In this document: in pieces, positions 12,442 to 25,203 of the stretch
How positions within the stretch are numbered: position 1 is the stretch's first letter
How the letters are laid out: the number at the start of each line of letters is the position of its first letter
Assembly: GCA_010015585.1 (NCBI GenBank)
Contig: ML975168.1
Source: Eremomyces bilateralis CBS 781.70
Taxonomy: Eukaryota
Length of the DNA stretch: 64,000 bases
Strand: one strand, 5' to 3'
Notes under the pieces: model-generated
Database searches by the model: none
What the model was told of the DNA's origin: nothing
Seen by the model: the letters and a program-made list of their open reading frames with translations, nothing else
Made by a program: the position numbers and the translations under genes

Positions 12442-14318
12442 TCACCAACCGCTCCTCGTCGGTGACAAATCCCTCGTCTCAATCCGGTCCGGCCTCTTAA
12501 ACCCAGCCAACTTACTCCCCTGCGTTGACGTCGGATGAATCCCCGGCGCTATCCTCGCCGCATCGTCGATCACCATGAAACTCCCGAGATACCCACGGGC
12601 GCGTTCCCGCAGCTCGAACTGCCCTGCGCGTTCCCACTGCTGCTGAATCGCGTCGCTCGCTGCGGGGCCATACCGCTTGGACAGTTCGAGTTCGCGCTGC
12701 GACTCGCGGCGGACGGCGGCGGCGATCTTGCGTTTTTGGACGCGGGAAAGGAGCGCCCAGGAGCTGAGGACGATGACTGTGAGAATGGTGGTGACGAGCC
12801 AGTAGAGCCAGATGTAGGGGGAGACGAGGGAGGTGGATTCGCCGGGGAGGAAGTCGAAGAAGGTAGTTGAGAAGAGGGTCTATTTCGACATTAGCATTGT
12901 CATTACTCAAAGGAGATCGGGTAGGGCGATACTGCGGTGAATGTCGCCGGGAGGAAGATCAGGGTCACGGCAGCAATGATCCGCATATCGGTTGAATCCC
13001 GCCGCGTCAATATCGCGACCGTACGCGAGTCGTCTGCGATTCTTCGAGACGCTTCCGTCGCCCGTGCCTGCTCCTTCATGTCTTTTTGTCCGATAAAGGT
13101 AAACATCTGCGCTGATTATGAGACGAGTACAGCGATGCGTGTGGGAGACTCACTGTCTGAACTTGGCTTTGGGTTGATTCGGCCGTGTAGGAGATCTTGG
13201 ACTGAATGCCGTCAAGAAGATCGGACAAATACCCCAAACGGACCAGTATCTCGTGTGTGTCTGTGGTCTGGGTCACCGAACCATACTCCTTGAGACATGC
13301 AATGTATCGATTCTGAGTGTTAACCACGGCCTGAATTCCAGCGCAGGCGTCTTGTAGACTCGTCAACTTCTGCGTGATGATATCCAAGTCTAGATCATCT
13401 TGCGAGTCGTCTATACGACCGAGCGGTAACGAATGATTCCTATCAAATCCATGCAGTCCAGTTTCGTATCGAATGCTCGTTAGACTTGTCCGTCTTTGCT
13501 CCGCGTCGATCGCGACATAGTCCATGGCGAGATCCATAAGCAGACATGGAACCAACAATGGCAACGACCCAACTGGAACTCGACTTTTACACAATGATCC
13601 TGATACGGCCTCAATCTCGCTACCTTGCATACCAAAGAGGACTGCAAGCGTCTGATTGTTCGAAGCATCGTAACATACAGCTAGGGCATATTGCCACTTC
13701 AAGCTCAGATTGGTTCGCAGTATCAGGACTGTATGGAATTAGTGTGGGCAGTAGACTTGGAGAATCTGAAGTAGACAAACCATCGTGGTCCGCGTTGCTT
13801 GTGGACTTGCCACGTGTAGACATTGGTATCAATCTGCATATCGCTCTCAAAAAGATCGGCGGAAGTCCTAGTTTCCTACTGATCGCCAGAAACGTATGGC
13901 GAGACACTGGCAGTGGGCAGATGTTTTGCTCCAAAACGCGAGGCCTGCAGATCCTAACCATGGTGTTAGGTATCTCATTGCTCGGGAAGAAACATGTCCC
14001 TCACAGTAATTTAAGCGATGCGTGCGGCGCCTTGGTGTTTCCCTGGGGATTGGTTAGTTGTGAGGTCTTTACTGGAACAGCGCTCTTACACTCGAGAGCC
14101 ACGAGACAATGTCTCGCTCTCGGACATCGCCATACTCGACTGATGGCTCCTTGTCCACCTATTTCGATGTTTCAGCATTTCGAAATTAAAGACAAGGATA
14201 AGAGAAACGCGGCAAAGGTTCATACAGAATTATAAGAGATCTCTAGCGACTTGTGGCCTTCCCCCGGCGAGAAGAACTGATTGTCTTCGAATATCTCATT
14301 GTAAACATAGTCGTCCAT
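12442..14318 (-). CDS. Fungal CorA-like transmembrane-domain protein, multi-exon
   Basis: Reconstructed from MDDYVYNEIF... to DSTDMRIIAAVTLIFLPATFTA|TLFSTTFFDF...IWLYWLVTTILTVIVLSSW. This is the two-helix CorA-like C-terminus common in fungal proteins. Canonical splice sites; TGA at 12442-12444. Confidence 0.7.
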
Positions 14319-15147
14319 TCAAAAGACTCGAACCAAAAACGACACTTCGAAACACAATTCATCCAAACATCTTCACAATTGCAAGACGAACAAGAATCGA
14401 AAGACACGCGGGAAAGAAAAGGCTCGAGGTTCACGGGATACACTGCCCAACTTCAGCCTCATGACTTGGTCTGTGACTTCTATGCGCCGACGCGCCGTAC
14501 GCCCAATAGCTGCATGTTCGTAGCGAGCTTTTCAGCGACTCGAGATGATGCGATGCCATTTGTCGAGGCGTCTGCAGGGAGATGGTAACCAAGCCACAAA
14601 TGCAACCTAACCCCGGATGTGGATAGTCCTGAAGGAGAAGGTCGGAGGTCTTCGACCAGGCAGTAGGGTCGATCGGGGGATCATCTTTAGAGATATCGAC
14701 GTCGATCCAATATATACCTAATATGTATCATGATTTCATCACTAACGACTTCGACTGTTTTAAGTCTTTCGATGACAATTCTTGTGTTAAGCGTCACAAT
14801 ATGGCTGACAGTTGATGGTGGAGATGAAGACCCAACGGATTGGACAGGAAGGAGTCCGGGCCGCCCCTGCCGTTCTGGGGGGTGATATGTGCCAACATCG
14901 CGACTGCCCAGTCAGGACTGAAGATGACGACACCTCAAAAATTGGTGAAATGTTGCACCTCTGTAACCACAAACTATTTTCCCTGATATTCTGTGAGATC
15001 AACGGAAACCTGAGTATCTCGTTTTCGCTCAATTCAAGTCTTAAAGATTATATGAACCGTTCATACCTGTCGTGGAAGACTTGGAAAGTTGGAAGTTCCT
15101 GAAAGACAGCAGCGTCACCCCCCTTATCTCGATATACCGCCGCAAGA

Positions 15148-16065
15148 ATGAGTCTAATCCAAGGATGGCTGCCCCCATCACGGCAGAATTGGGAGCTGAT
15201 AGTGAACCTATTTAGCTACGTTTTCCCTCTCGTACATCAATCTCCCCATCCCTCCTAACGCCTCAATAGCTAACCCCTCCGACCTCAGTTCACCTGCCTC
15301 CAATGGCTCACCGACTGGTACCCCATGGGCAAAACCTCCATCACCTCGCGCTTCAACATCCCCGGTAAAGTCGCCTGGACCCTAATGGAAGTGCCGGGCT
15401 TCTCGACGCTCGTGTATATCATGTTTGCGTTGCCGAAGCAGCTGGGGATTGGGGCCTTGCCGTGGGGAAACTGGCTAATGACCGGGCTGTTCGTCACGCA
15501 TTATGTGTATCGCGCGCTGCTCGCGCCGCTGGTGCTCAACCCTTCTATGAGCCCTATTCATCCGCTCGTGGCGTTCTTCGCGGCGGGTTTCCAAATGGCG
15601 AACGCGTTGTCGATTGGGGGTTGGTTGGCGGGGTATGGGCCGACCGACGCGGGCTATTGGGATGGCAGGACGCTACAAGTCGGGGTGGGGACGGTGATCT
15701 GGGCTGCGGGGTTGATCGGGAATATCTATCATGATGACGTGTTGCGCGATATCCGACGAGTCGCGATGAGGAAGAAGGAGGATGACAAGGCGCGAGGGAA
15801 AGCGTCGGATTCGTCGAAGGTCTATCAGGTGCCGGAGAAGGGGTTGTTTCGCTATGTGCTGTATGCGCACTATCTCTGCGAGTGGATCGAATGGACGGGA
15901 TATTGGGTTATGGGAGGGGTAGGCTGTATCCCGGCGCGGACATTTGTGATCAATGAGATCACTACCATGCTGCCTCGCGCTACCAGTGGGAAGAGATGGT
16001 ATATCGCGAAGTTCGGTAAGGAGAAGATTGGTGGCAGAAAGGCTGCTATTCCGGGGTTGATATAA
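15148..16065 (+). CDS. 3-oxo-5-alpha-steroid 4-dehydrogenase family membrane protein
   Basis: MSLIQGWLPPSRQNWE...|FTCLQWLTDWYPMGKTS...WTLMEVPGF...GNIYHDDVL...YQVPEKGLFRYVLYAHYLCEWIEWTG...AAIPGLI. One intron. Confidence 0.87.
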
Positions 16066-16281
16066 AAGGATCCTGGAGAGCACAGAACGTCGTCATCGCA
16101 TGTCCAGCAGTGTATCAATGAGCAATGACATGAATTCGTCAACGGTATAACTCGGTACAACTCGCCCAAACCTCGTATCTAACATAACAACTTCCAGATG
16201 GGATAAGGAGGGTCCCATTCAAGCCTCCCTCGAAACGCCCAATCATGCTACATTCAAACCAAGATCAGCGTCAACAAGAGA

Positions 16282-17381
16282 CTATGAGAAGTCGTCTTCT
16301 TCCTCTTGAATGTTCTTCTTGACCCTATCATCTCGTTAGCTGTGCCAAAGTAGTTTCGGATCAAATACCACATACCTCAAGAGCATCGTCGTCTTCCACG
16401 AATTCAACTTACTCATCTGGTCAAACTGCCACAACTTATCCGCATACTTCTCCGTATCCTGATCCTTCACAGCCTCCAACAACTCCGTCAACAACTGATG
16501 TTCCCGCGTCCCCGCAAAGCTCGGATCCATCTCCGGATACCCTTCCACCGCCCTCCCCGCGCCCACCAGATCGTTCGTGGCCAGATGGCAGATCCCCGCC
16601 TTCAGCAGGTAATCCTTCACCGAGAACCGCATCAGATCATTATTGATCGAGTTCTTCGCTACCCGCTCGTAGTGCTCGATCGCCTTGTAGTAATCCCCCT
16701 CCAACCCTGCGATATCCGCCGCCTTCAAATACAACTTGTTCGCCAGCGCGCTCGCGTTGTCTTCCTCGAACCACCCCGCCGCCGCCTCGTATGCGCCGCC
16801 CGCCCGTTTCCCGTCCTGGATGTCCACCTCGTAGATCTCCGCGAGCGTCTGCTGCATGGACGCCGCGCGCCGGAAGTTGCCGCGGCTGGTGTAGTGCTTG
16901 ATGGCGCGGTCGAGGCAGCGGGCGGCATCTTCCGGGTCAGTTTTGCGGTATGCTTTAGAGGCTTCGGAGCGGGTGAGGGCGGCGTCATCGGGTTCGTTCA
17001 GTTTCTCCTCTTGGATGGAGGCGGCTTTTTCGAGGAGGAGGCCGGCTTCTTTGCCTGTGAGAGGGGGAAGGGTCAGCTATGCAGGAGTAGAGATGGTGGG
17101 GATGGACTGTACCGTTTTTTTGTAGCCGGTAGGCGTTTGCTGTAGAGGTCAGCCGTCACTCGATGCGGATTGTGGGGCGGCGGTTGATACATACCTGCTT
17201 GCGTGTAGAGGTCTACGGCATTCTCGAGCTTCTCCGTCCGGCCGCCGAATAGGCTGAAGCCGCCACTTGAGCTCGCGAAAGCCTTATCTGCCTATTGAAA
17301 CATGTCAGATGCCTCTCTCCTTCCTGCTGGTTGCAGCCACGGACGTACCTTGGCAAGCAAGGCGCGGGGATCGTCACCCAT
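16282..17381 (-). CDS. SEC17: alpha-SNAP vesicular fusion protein
   Basis: MGDDPRALLAK|ADKAFASSSGGFSLFGGRTEKLENA...GNFRRAA...ANKLYLKAAD...SVKDYLLKAGICHLA...EEEDDFS*. Confidence 0.93.
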
Positions 17382-18561
17382 ATTGAGCGGGGCTTTGGGT
17401 CAAGACGATTGAAGGATATACAGCAAGTAGGCGACTTGTTGTTGGATATGCGGATGGTCCGAAATGAGGATATCTAGGAACAGGCTGCTGGTGGATGGAG
17501 CTGGAGACTTGATATGTGGCACGTCTTCCAGGACAACTGAACAGCACCGCAGCTGTGACGTTGGAGGGATGCCCCACTTTATGCTCAACCTCTCCCAGCC
17601 TCATCTCACCTTCTGTTCACTCTACTTTCTCTCAACACTCATCGTCCCTCCTCACGTTTCGTATTGTTTAGAAGCGTCGGCAGACAAGAGCATGGAATAA
17701 TATATGGTGTCCCTATTCTGCCCTTCAGATACCGAACCACTGGAGCGCGCCCACGGCCCCTGTTCGTTTCTAATGGGCGAACCTGCGATCAGGCCGGGTA
17801 GGTAGACTCTGGTTTCGAAGTAACTACCAATATATCGCAGTTACAAATTATCCCAATGCTACCGTACACTTCCCAATGTGAGTTTCCAAGGCTGCGGGAA
17901 GTGTTGATCCCGAAGGCAATCGATGATACCGTGGAAAACGTATGGCTTGGGGACATGCACTCTTGCTTTCAAGCCGGGTGAGATAAAACTTCAATCCATC
18001 CATTTGATGTTTATGCCTCACTAGGCTTATTATCTAATGCAGTGTCCAGCCTCAGTTCGTATCCTGGTGTGGTTGCATCCTCTTGGCCTGCAGTGACTGG
18101 ATTGCGAGCATGCAGCCTGTCTCTGCCTTATCTAGGTCGGTCAATTCTTTGTTACAGTTCGGGTCTTGATTGTAAGTGCTATGCGCAGAATTTTGTTCTT
18201 CCTTTCCTCAAGTCTTGGGATTAAGCCTCGTCAATGTTATATGCTTCTGCTGCTTTTGTGCTTGTTGCTACATATTAGGTCTTGGCGATCAGTACAGCAT
18301 CACGATAATCGTCAATTGTTTACTTCGCCATATCATGGCAGATATGAGCTTGCTGTAAGTTAGCCTTACTCTCACACATTTGGTTGGAACCATGCGACTG
18401 TCCAGCCTTGTGATGCATGCAGTCCGCCCACTTGAAGTATAGACCATAAAGCAAGCCATTTCCACTTCCGCCATTAAAACCCCAGTCTTATCACTTACCT
18501 AACTGTTTTTCTTATCTTCCCACCATTCTGAAGCAGGAAAACCTATATCTGGTCTTCAAAT

Positions 18562-19701
18562 ATGTTAAACGACTGGAATCAAGCCGAGTCATAGCGATTC
18601 GACGTCAGCTCGTTCATGATCCTCATAGGCGAAGCAGAAGAACAAAGATATCGGCTTAGCGGCGGATGCCTTGCTCAGTGCATATCCGCCGCACCTGTCG
18701 TCGGCCTTCAAGCCTACATCCGATCCTACAATCTGCTTGAGGAACAAGCAAGTTCTCTGACTTACTTCTCTCCCTACGGGTGCAAAACTGCACCCTTGCG
18801 GAATATATTACTGGAAAATGCAATCAAATCTCAAGGGCTGCTGAAAGATGGGAAATGCCACATTTTTCGGATCCCTCCCTCGAGTACAGGAGGCCATATC
18901 AGGAACAGGGTCAAAGGTTGCCATATTCTGGTATGGATCTGGGTATTTTTCACCTGGTTGCTCTTCGCGGTAGGGCTCGCCTGTCTGGCCTACCTCCCAG
19001 GCACCACCTGGATTAGGATGACCAATTGTGTCGTCTTCGCCGGCTGGTCAATCTTCACGCGTGTCATCGAGCACTTCAACGTCCGCCCTACCGAGATTGA
19101 AGGATCCAATGTATCGGAACCGGACGGCCCGGATGCGGTATATATCCTTGGGCGGTCCAACTCGGTCTTCATTCTGGAAGGCAGCCGAAGAGACATCAAA
19201 ACCTGGACCATCGCTGGTCTCACATACAAAGACAGCGTATTCCCTTCAGCGGTAATATGGCGAGCTCTGACTAGGGTGGGAAGTTTCATGGTGTTGTTGC
19301 TGGTTTTCACGACAATTCCGAACGGGTCCACCACAGATCAACTGGCGTTTATCTTGTTGAATGCGCTAGGGCAAGTTAACCTACTTTTGGGGCAGCAGTT
19401 GAATAGTACCTGTCGACTTTCAGAGTTGAAGTTGATAGAAAGAGCGAAGGTTCAAAGTCGGACGGAGGTATACGGCATGCTGCTGCGACGGTTCAAGGAC
19501 GTGGGAAATGGCGTGAAAGATTGGTTGGAGAAGGCGGATCTCCTGCCGCGAACGGACGCCTGGAAAATCTGGAGTCGGCATGTGGTTGAAGATTACCGCA
19601 TCGATCCTAAAGTGCTATACCAAAGTATTATTACCGAGAGATTGGATTACGATCGTTCGGATTGTTCTGCAGCTGATGAAAAGACTGTAATTACTGGATG
19701 A
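18562..19701 (+). pseudogene. Fungal hypothetical multi-pass membrane protein; in-frame TAG near N-terminus (or intact from ATG 18616)
   Basis: 361-aa ORF 18616-19701 with several hydrophobic helices. An upstream in-frame ATG at 18562 is separated from it by TAG 18592-18594 (MLNDWNQAES*RFDVSSFMILIGE). Confidence 0.6.
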
Positions 19702-19828
19702 TACACCGGGTACCTAATTAACCTGAGTGGCAACCTATAGGCTACTACATTCCCGACCTAAATGATAACCTGCAATACTCTATTCCCCAGGCGACATGCG
19801 ACTCCAAATGAAACGAATCTCGGACAGA

Positions 19829-22800
19829 CTATTCAATCGTGATATTCATGGCCGTTTCCTTGAAAATGTAGTCCTTGTGCAGATATCCAGCTCCAACTCG
19901 TTCATAAATGTCCGTTGAATCAGGTTTCTGGTAAACAACGAGGACATAGTGACGATGCTTGCCGGGATTCAAACTGGCTTTGCTGATCCCAACGACCACG
20001 CATCTCAATTTCTCATGTGCAGGGTGTTGCTCCAAATCGAAGACGATTTTAGCTTCGTCATCGGCTGCACCTTGAGGAATTGCATACTTCGTTGCATCCC
20101 CTTGGAGCGTCACTTTCCCCACAGCCTCTTCCGTTGGCCAAAAAAGCTTACGATTCCAGTCCGCTTCTCGCCCCGGGATCAGCATATACTCAATCTCTCC
20201 CATGTACGCCATCCATGACCACGAAGGCGACGGCCGACCTCGATTGAGAGATGGATCTATTTCAATTTTGGTCATTGTTTGATCTTCAGCTCGTCGCCAG
20301 AGTAGACTTCGGTGGAAGTATTTCTCGAAGATCCCATGCTGCGCGCGGCCGCCGAAATCGGTTCCTAGCCGCTGCTCTAGGCCCTTGATTGCGTTAGACC
20401 GGTCCTGCGGGACGGAGAAAGCAAGTTTGGAGTATTGGGCGTAGAGACCCTCGAAAAGGAATATTCGGGCCCCTTTTGCGGCTTTCTTCGCGTATTCTGG
20501 GTAATTAGGATCACCTAGGAATGCCGCTTGGGAACTAGAGGTTATGTTAGTCTGCGTCTTGAGAAGGGGAATTGTCTTCTCGGAGAAACTCACTTGTGCA
20601 ATTTCGTCAATGTTTCGCATCGAATCCCCTCCCCGCATTCCCAATACGTTTGCTTGTCGGTGAAATATATCGTCCGGCGGGAGAGAGCTCGTTCTTGAAG
20701 GACCCAGCCACGCTTGTTCAACGGGCCTTCGAGGACATCTTCTTGGAAGTTATCCATCGATTCGCAGAGATAGAGAGGTCGGTCATCTTTCTCAATCTTG
20801 ACGATTGCCTGGGACGACCTGCACTTGAGGACATTCGAATTGGTACCCACGGCGCTGCTAGCTGCAATGGTGCAGTATGCGGAGCTGAAAACACTCTCCA
20901 TTCGCGCTGACTCCGGCTTGAAGTCGCCGTTAGGGCCTTGAATGATGCAGAGTGAGTCGATCCAAATATAACGAACGTCGAGTTTCCGAGTGATCTGCAC
21001 GGCATCTCGGAACGTCTGGGGTAGATTTTTGTCAGAGACGCCATGATTCTTGATATCGCTTAGAAAAATCCCCTTAGTCGTACTCGTGTCATTGTCCGGT
21101 ATAGTGCAATAATGCTGATGAACATTGCGATCACCCCACGGATGGGAGAACGCCAAAAACTTGGGGAATTTGTGTCCTCTTTTCAGGATTTTATTCTTCT
21201 CGACTAGGCGTACTACGTCCTCATCTGGCCAACCGACATCTAGCAGCCTTGTCGGCAGTTCTTTTCTCTGCTTTTGATCGCAACCGCGGTGATTTTTGTC
21301 GCAATCTTTGAGCCAAGTTCGGAGCAACTTCATATGCCCGTCTTCTCCCGGGTTTTGGAATATGGGTATTCCAGGACGGACATATGACGAGATCGTGTCC
21401 CACTCTTGGAATTCTGCTGCATACGGGTCAGTATTGATATTGTCTCTTGGTTCGATCCAGCGGCAAGTTCTATGGTTCACTCACCATCTGCACCAAAGAT
21501 TGATACTCTCGGCAGGCTACCCAAGCCGTCAAGGGTCAGTCCGGACCGAACTCTGTCAAAGTCCACCGACTTATTCTCGCCAATCCCAGATGTTTCGCAC
21601 ACGCGCAGAAGGGTCGCGCAGACAAGGCAGCCGTCTTCCCTTGATCTTGTTTGAAGTGCGATCATCAAATCTTTGATTCTAAAATCTCGAGAGCTGAAAT
21701 CCACTTTCCGACATCGCGTACAAAGCGGTGAGTGGTCCTCCGGCAGGAGACTTCGCAGTGTTGGTTGGAGAGTGTCGGTGCCAAGGACACTTCTGCCGAA
21801 ATCATCATCTGAGATATATTCCCAAATGTTCTTGATATGATGATTATAGCTGTCTACCCTCGGAGTTTCCGGAGAAGGCACGTCCAAATGCTGCCCGAAG
21901 TTGCCCATCCGCGTTGATTGCGGACGAACCGTTGATCCCTCATGCTTAGATTCATCTGCGTCGAAGCTGGAAGGCTTCTGTTCATTTCCGCTTGCACCAG
22001 TAAAGAGGTAGCCTTCGTCAGCCATTGCTTTTCTGATGATGTTGTCCAAAGACTGGAGTAAATTCTTGGCAGTCGTTCGGCGACCAGGCGTTTCCGGAGC
22101 GTCATCATAGTCTCTTTCAGGCAGGTCGACAACCAGGAGTTTGTCCTGGACCAGAGCGAGAAGTTCCCCCAATGCAGTTCCCTTACACGCAGGATGATGG
22201 TCTCGTATGTGATTGATATAACGGGTGACGAAATCACTCACTTTCGCTTTTAACGGCGTCTCCATATCAAGGGTCCAATATGGCGACCGAGCAGAGCCAT
22301 GGCCCGATGTATCAGACTCGCGGGACTGGTGTGCAAATGCCTTTCTCTCCTCAGGTCCATATAGAAGCCAGAGAATGATCTCGAATATAACACATCCGAT
22401 TGACCACATATCATAGGAACGGGACCTTGTTGGGGGTCGTTTGATCCGATCCCTTGAGCCGGTGACTGCTTCTGGGGGTTCGTATTGCGTCGTCCCGTAT
22501 TTCTCATCTGTGCCAACTCGACGAAGAGCCGTGGCTTCTTTGTGCTTTTTCGCTCGCCCAAAGTCCGCAAGTTTCAGGACTCCGAGCCATGTCTTGTTTG
22601 TGAAGACGAGGATATTGTCAGGTTTGATATCTCCAAGTCGCCAGTTCTCGTTGCTTAAAAGATCGCCAGATCCATTGGAGTCTCCCACAGCTTCTGACTC
22701 CGTCAAACGGACTTCTGGCCCTAAATTCTCCATCGAGACCGAGGATACAGAATTTGTCCTAGTTAAGCCGTCGCTCCTTGATAGACAGTGAATATGGTAG

Positions 22801-24482
22801 ATCGCATCAACCAGTCCGCGTAATTGGCCAAGAACCTGGAGCATCCTTTGCCCGTTTAGTTCTGGACGGGGATGCTTCCCCCAAAACTCCCGCAAATTAC
22901 CACCATCTGCCCATTCAAGGAGGACAGCATAGTTATTTTGGTGATAGTATGCGGAAATTCCTCGAACAATGTGCTCGTGGTTGTGACCATTGAATTTCAC
23001 TATTGCTTCAGATTCACGCCGCCATTCTTTTCTGACATCAAAAGCCTTGTCGGGGAGCGGTTTGATCAATTTTACGGCCACATCACAGAGGTCCAAACCA
23101 TGCTCTTCTGTGAAATTCCCTTCAAGCAGAACCGTTTGTTGGCTAACAAGCAGCTTTGCATGGTATACGCTGCTGAAATGTCCACTCCCGACTGGCCTTT
23201 CACTTTGGTCAACAATCGGCAGCTTGTAATGCTCGTCCAGGATCAGCTCAAATGGATCTCCAGTAAATAATGGAAGAACGAACTTCCATTGCTTCTCGAA
23301 GAACTCTCCGCGATAGTGTGTGTCCCACGGCTGGTGATGGAATGCTGCAAGTTCTGGTTTATGTTTGCACAAACTCTCTCTGGCTGGGTCCGGCCAGCAA
23401 TCCCGACAGCATGAGACTCTTGGTACTACTCCGCAGGTGCGAGTAGAAATCTTATCAATTGGGAGAGAGGTATCTCGGAGCCCGTGGGTTTGGAAAGACT
23501 GCATCGCGCTTTTGAGATCCTCCTTAGGTCCAAGTGCGAACAAGGCGACAGCGAAGAGCGTTATGGCATACTCTTTGACAAAATCAAGAAGCGGTGCTGA
23601 GGCCTTCGGTAGACATTTGTCGATGTCTTCAGCAGCAATCATCTTCAAAAGCAACGGGTAGGTAAGAAATCCCCGGGGGTTTAACGCTTCATCGATTCGA
23701 TTTTTAAGATCGCGTCGGGCAATAACCTGGGGATTTTCATATTCTTGCTCCTCAGATTCGTCACATAGTTCTGCATTGGAATCGGCTTGATTGTCCAGCG
23801 GAAGTCCCTGGATGTCCATGGAGCTTGCACAGGTCGTTGCGGGATTTGCTAACCTAATATCTGAGTCGAGAAGGGGTATTAGGGGTTTGGGTCCTAGCAC
23901 TGGACTGTAAGGGTTTGACCCTGCGCCTTCGTTGGTAGAAAGCCGCCGCTGATCCTCAGGAACATCTTGTTTCGTGGCTGGCAAGTCCAGAAGATGCGCT
24001 GAACTGCTATCTGTCGAGTCCCGTGCCGGGACTTCTTGCGCGGATCTGGGATTGTCTTGTTCCACCGGGAGATTAGGCGGTATATGGGCTGGACTGATAT
24101 CTAGGGGCCTCCCGTCCCTAGACCATATGCCGGTGCGTTCCTGGGTGGACGAATTGACTTCGTCTCCCGCCCTTGGGCCGTCCAGTAGCTGGGAAGAGTC
24201 GTCTCCCGTCAACGTCCCGTCTTCAGTGACATGTGTTGGATCTGTTCGCGAAGACCCATTCTCTCCAAGCTGTTCACTTGATGTACTATCCCCGAAAATC
24301 GCTATCCAGTTCTTGGGAGAACGTTCGCGCTCCCCTGGAAGCTCTTCTATCGTCGCATTTGTGACTTGGCCGTCGGTTTGGCCGTTGCGGTGTGAAATGT
24401 CATTAGGCTCGTATTTGGACCGGCGCGAAAAGCGGCCTTGAATTTTGCGTAGAATCCGCCTTGATCTTGAAGATTCTCCCAT
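19829..24482 (-). CDS. Protein kinase-HET domain fusion protein (~1508 aa, 3 exons)
   Basis: Exons 24482-21485, 21416-20594 and 20534-19829 join in frame. Kinase motifs: GSGHFSSV, VAVK, GDIKPDNIL, LADFG, YEPPE, DMWSIGC. HET motifs: LPTRLLDVG, AFSHPWG, LPQTFRDAV, YIWIDSLCIIQ, RGWVLQER. C-terminal PSWSW and YERVG. Confidence 0.9.
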
Positions 24483-25127
24483 ATCGGAGAAAGTTGACGG
24501 GATTCGTACGAAGGAAAATTTCAAACTTTAGGACTTTAGGAATTGAAGGTGGACCAGACAGGAATGAAATCTCAAGTAATGTCCAATGATAGGGCTCACG
24601 GTGGCCCTTTAATCCCCAGATACTGCGCAAGGCTCCGACAGAGACTCAACCAGAGAGGTTCCACATATCATAGAGGAAGAAACGAACCGGTCGATGCATT
24701 ATTCACAACTTTCTCCTATTGGGACTTCTGCAGGGCATGGTATGGTGTACTGTCATTGGCCCTTGTTTGCCCTCACGAAACGCCTGGTAAAGGGGACTCC
24801 CCATTCGAATCCAAAGACGGCGTGGACTTGCGGGTCACCACCCTGACTATGACAGTATTACAATTTCATCCCGGTGGTATACGAACGCCTCAAGGAGCGG
24901 GTCTAACCATTTCCATGTCGGCTGAACGCATCGAAGCGCCGATGCGGCTCTGTTTGACCAATACCTCGTCAAGAACGGCTCTCAACCCAACTCTCTAACA
25001 AAGCCACCTTGAGCAGGGACAAGAATTCGAGCGGTGAGTTGGGGAAGAGTTGGGAGGTGGGGTGCGACGAGGTAGCAATATTATTATATTAATGTGCCTT
25101 GCCATGATGTTAAAACAAACATGAGTG

Positions 25128-25203
25128 TATTAACTAAGTTAGAGTAGTTAGTTAAGTTAACTAGTTAGTTAGTTAGCAGGAAGGCTAAGTTAACTTAGTT
25201 AAA
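25128..25203. repeat. AT-rich low-complexity (AGTT/TAAC)n tract
   Basis: taactaagttagagtagttagttaagttaactagttagttagttag...aagttaacttagtt; TpA-rich. Confidence 0.6.

Noticed and set aside
18010..18480. Minus-strand frame whose stops are all TAA/TAG (possible RIP-damaged ORF)
   Set aside because: Stop density is near random expectation and no family is recognisable.
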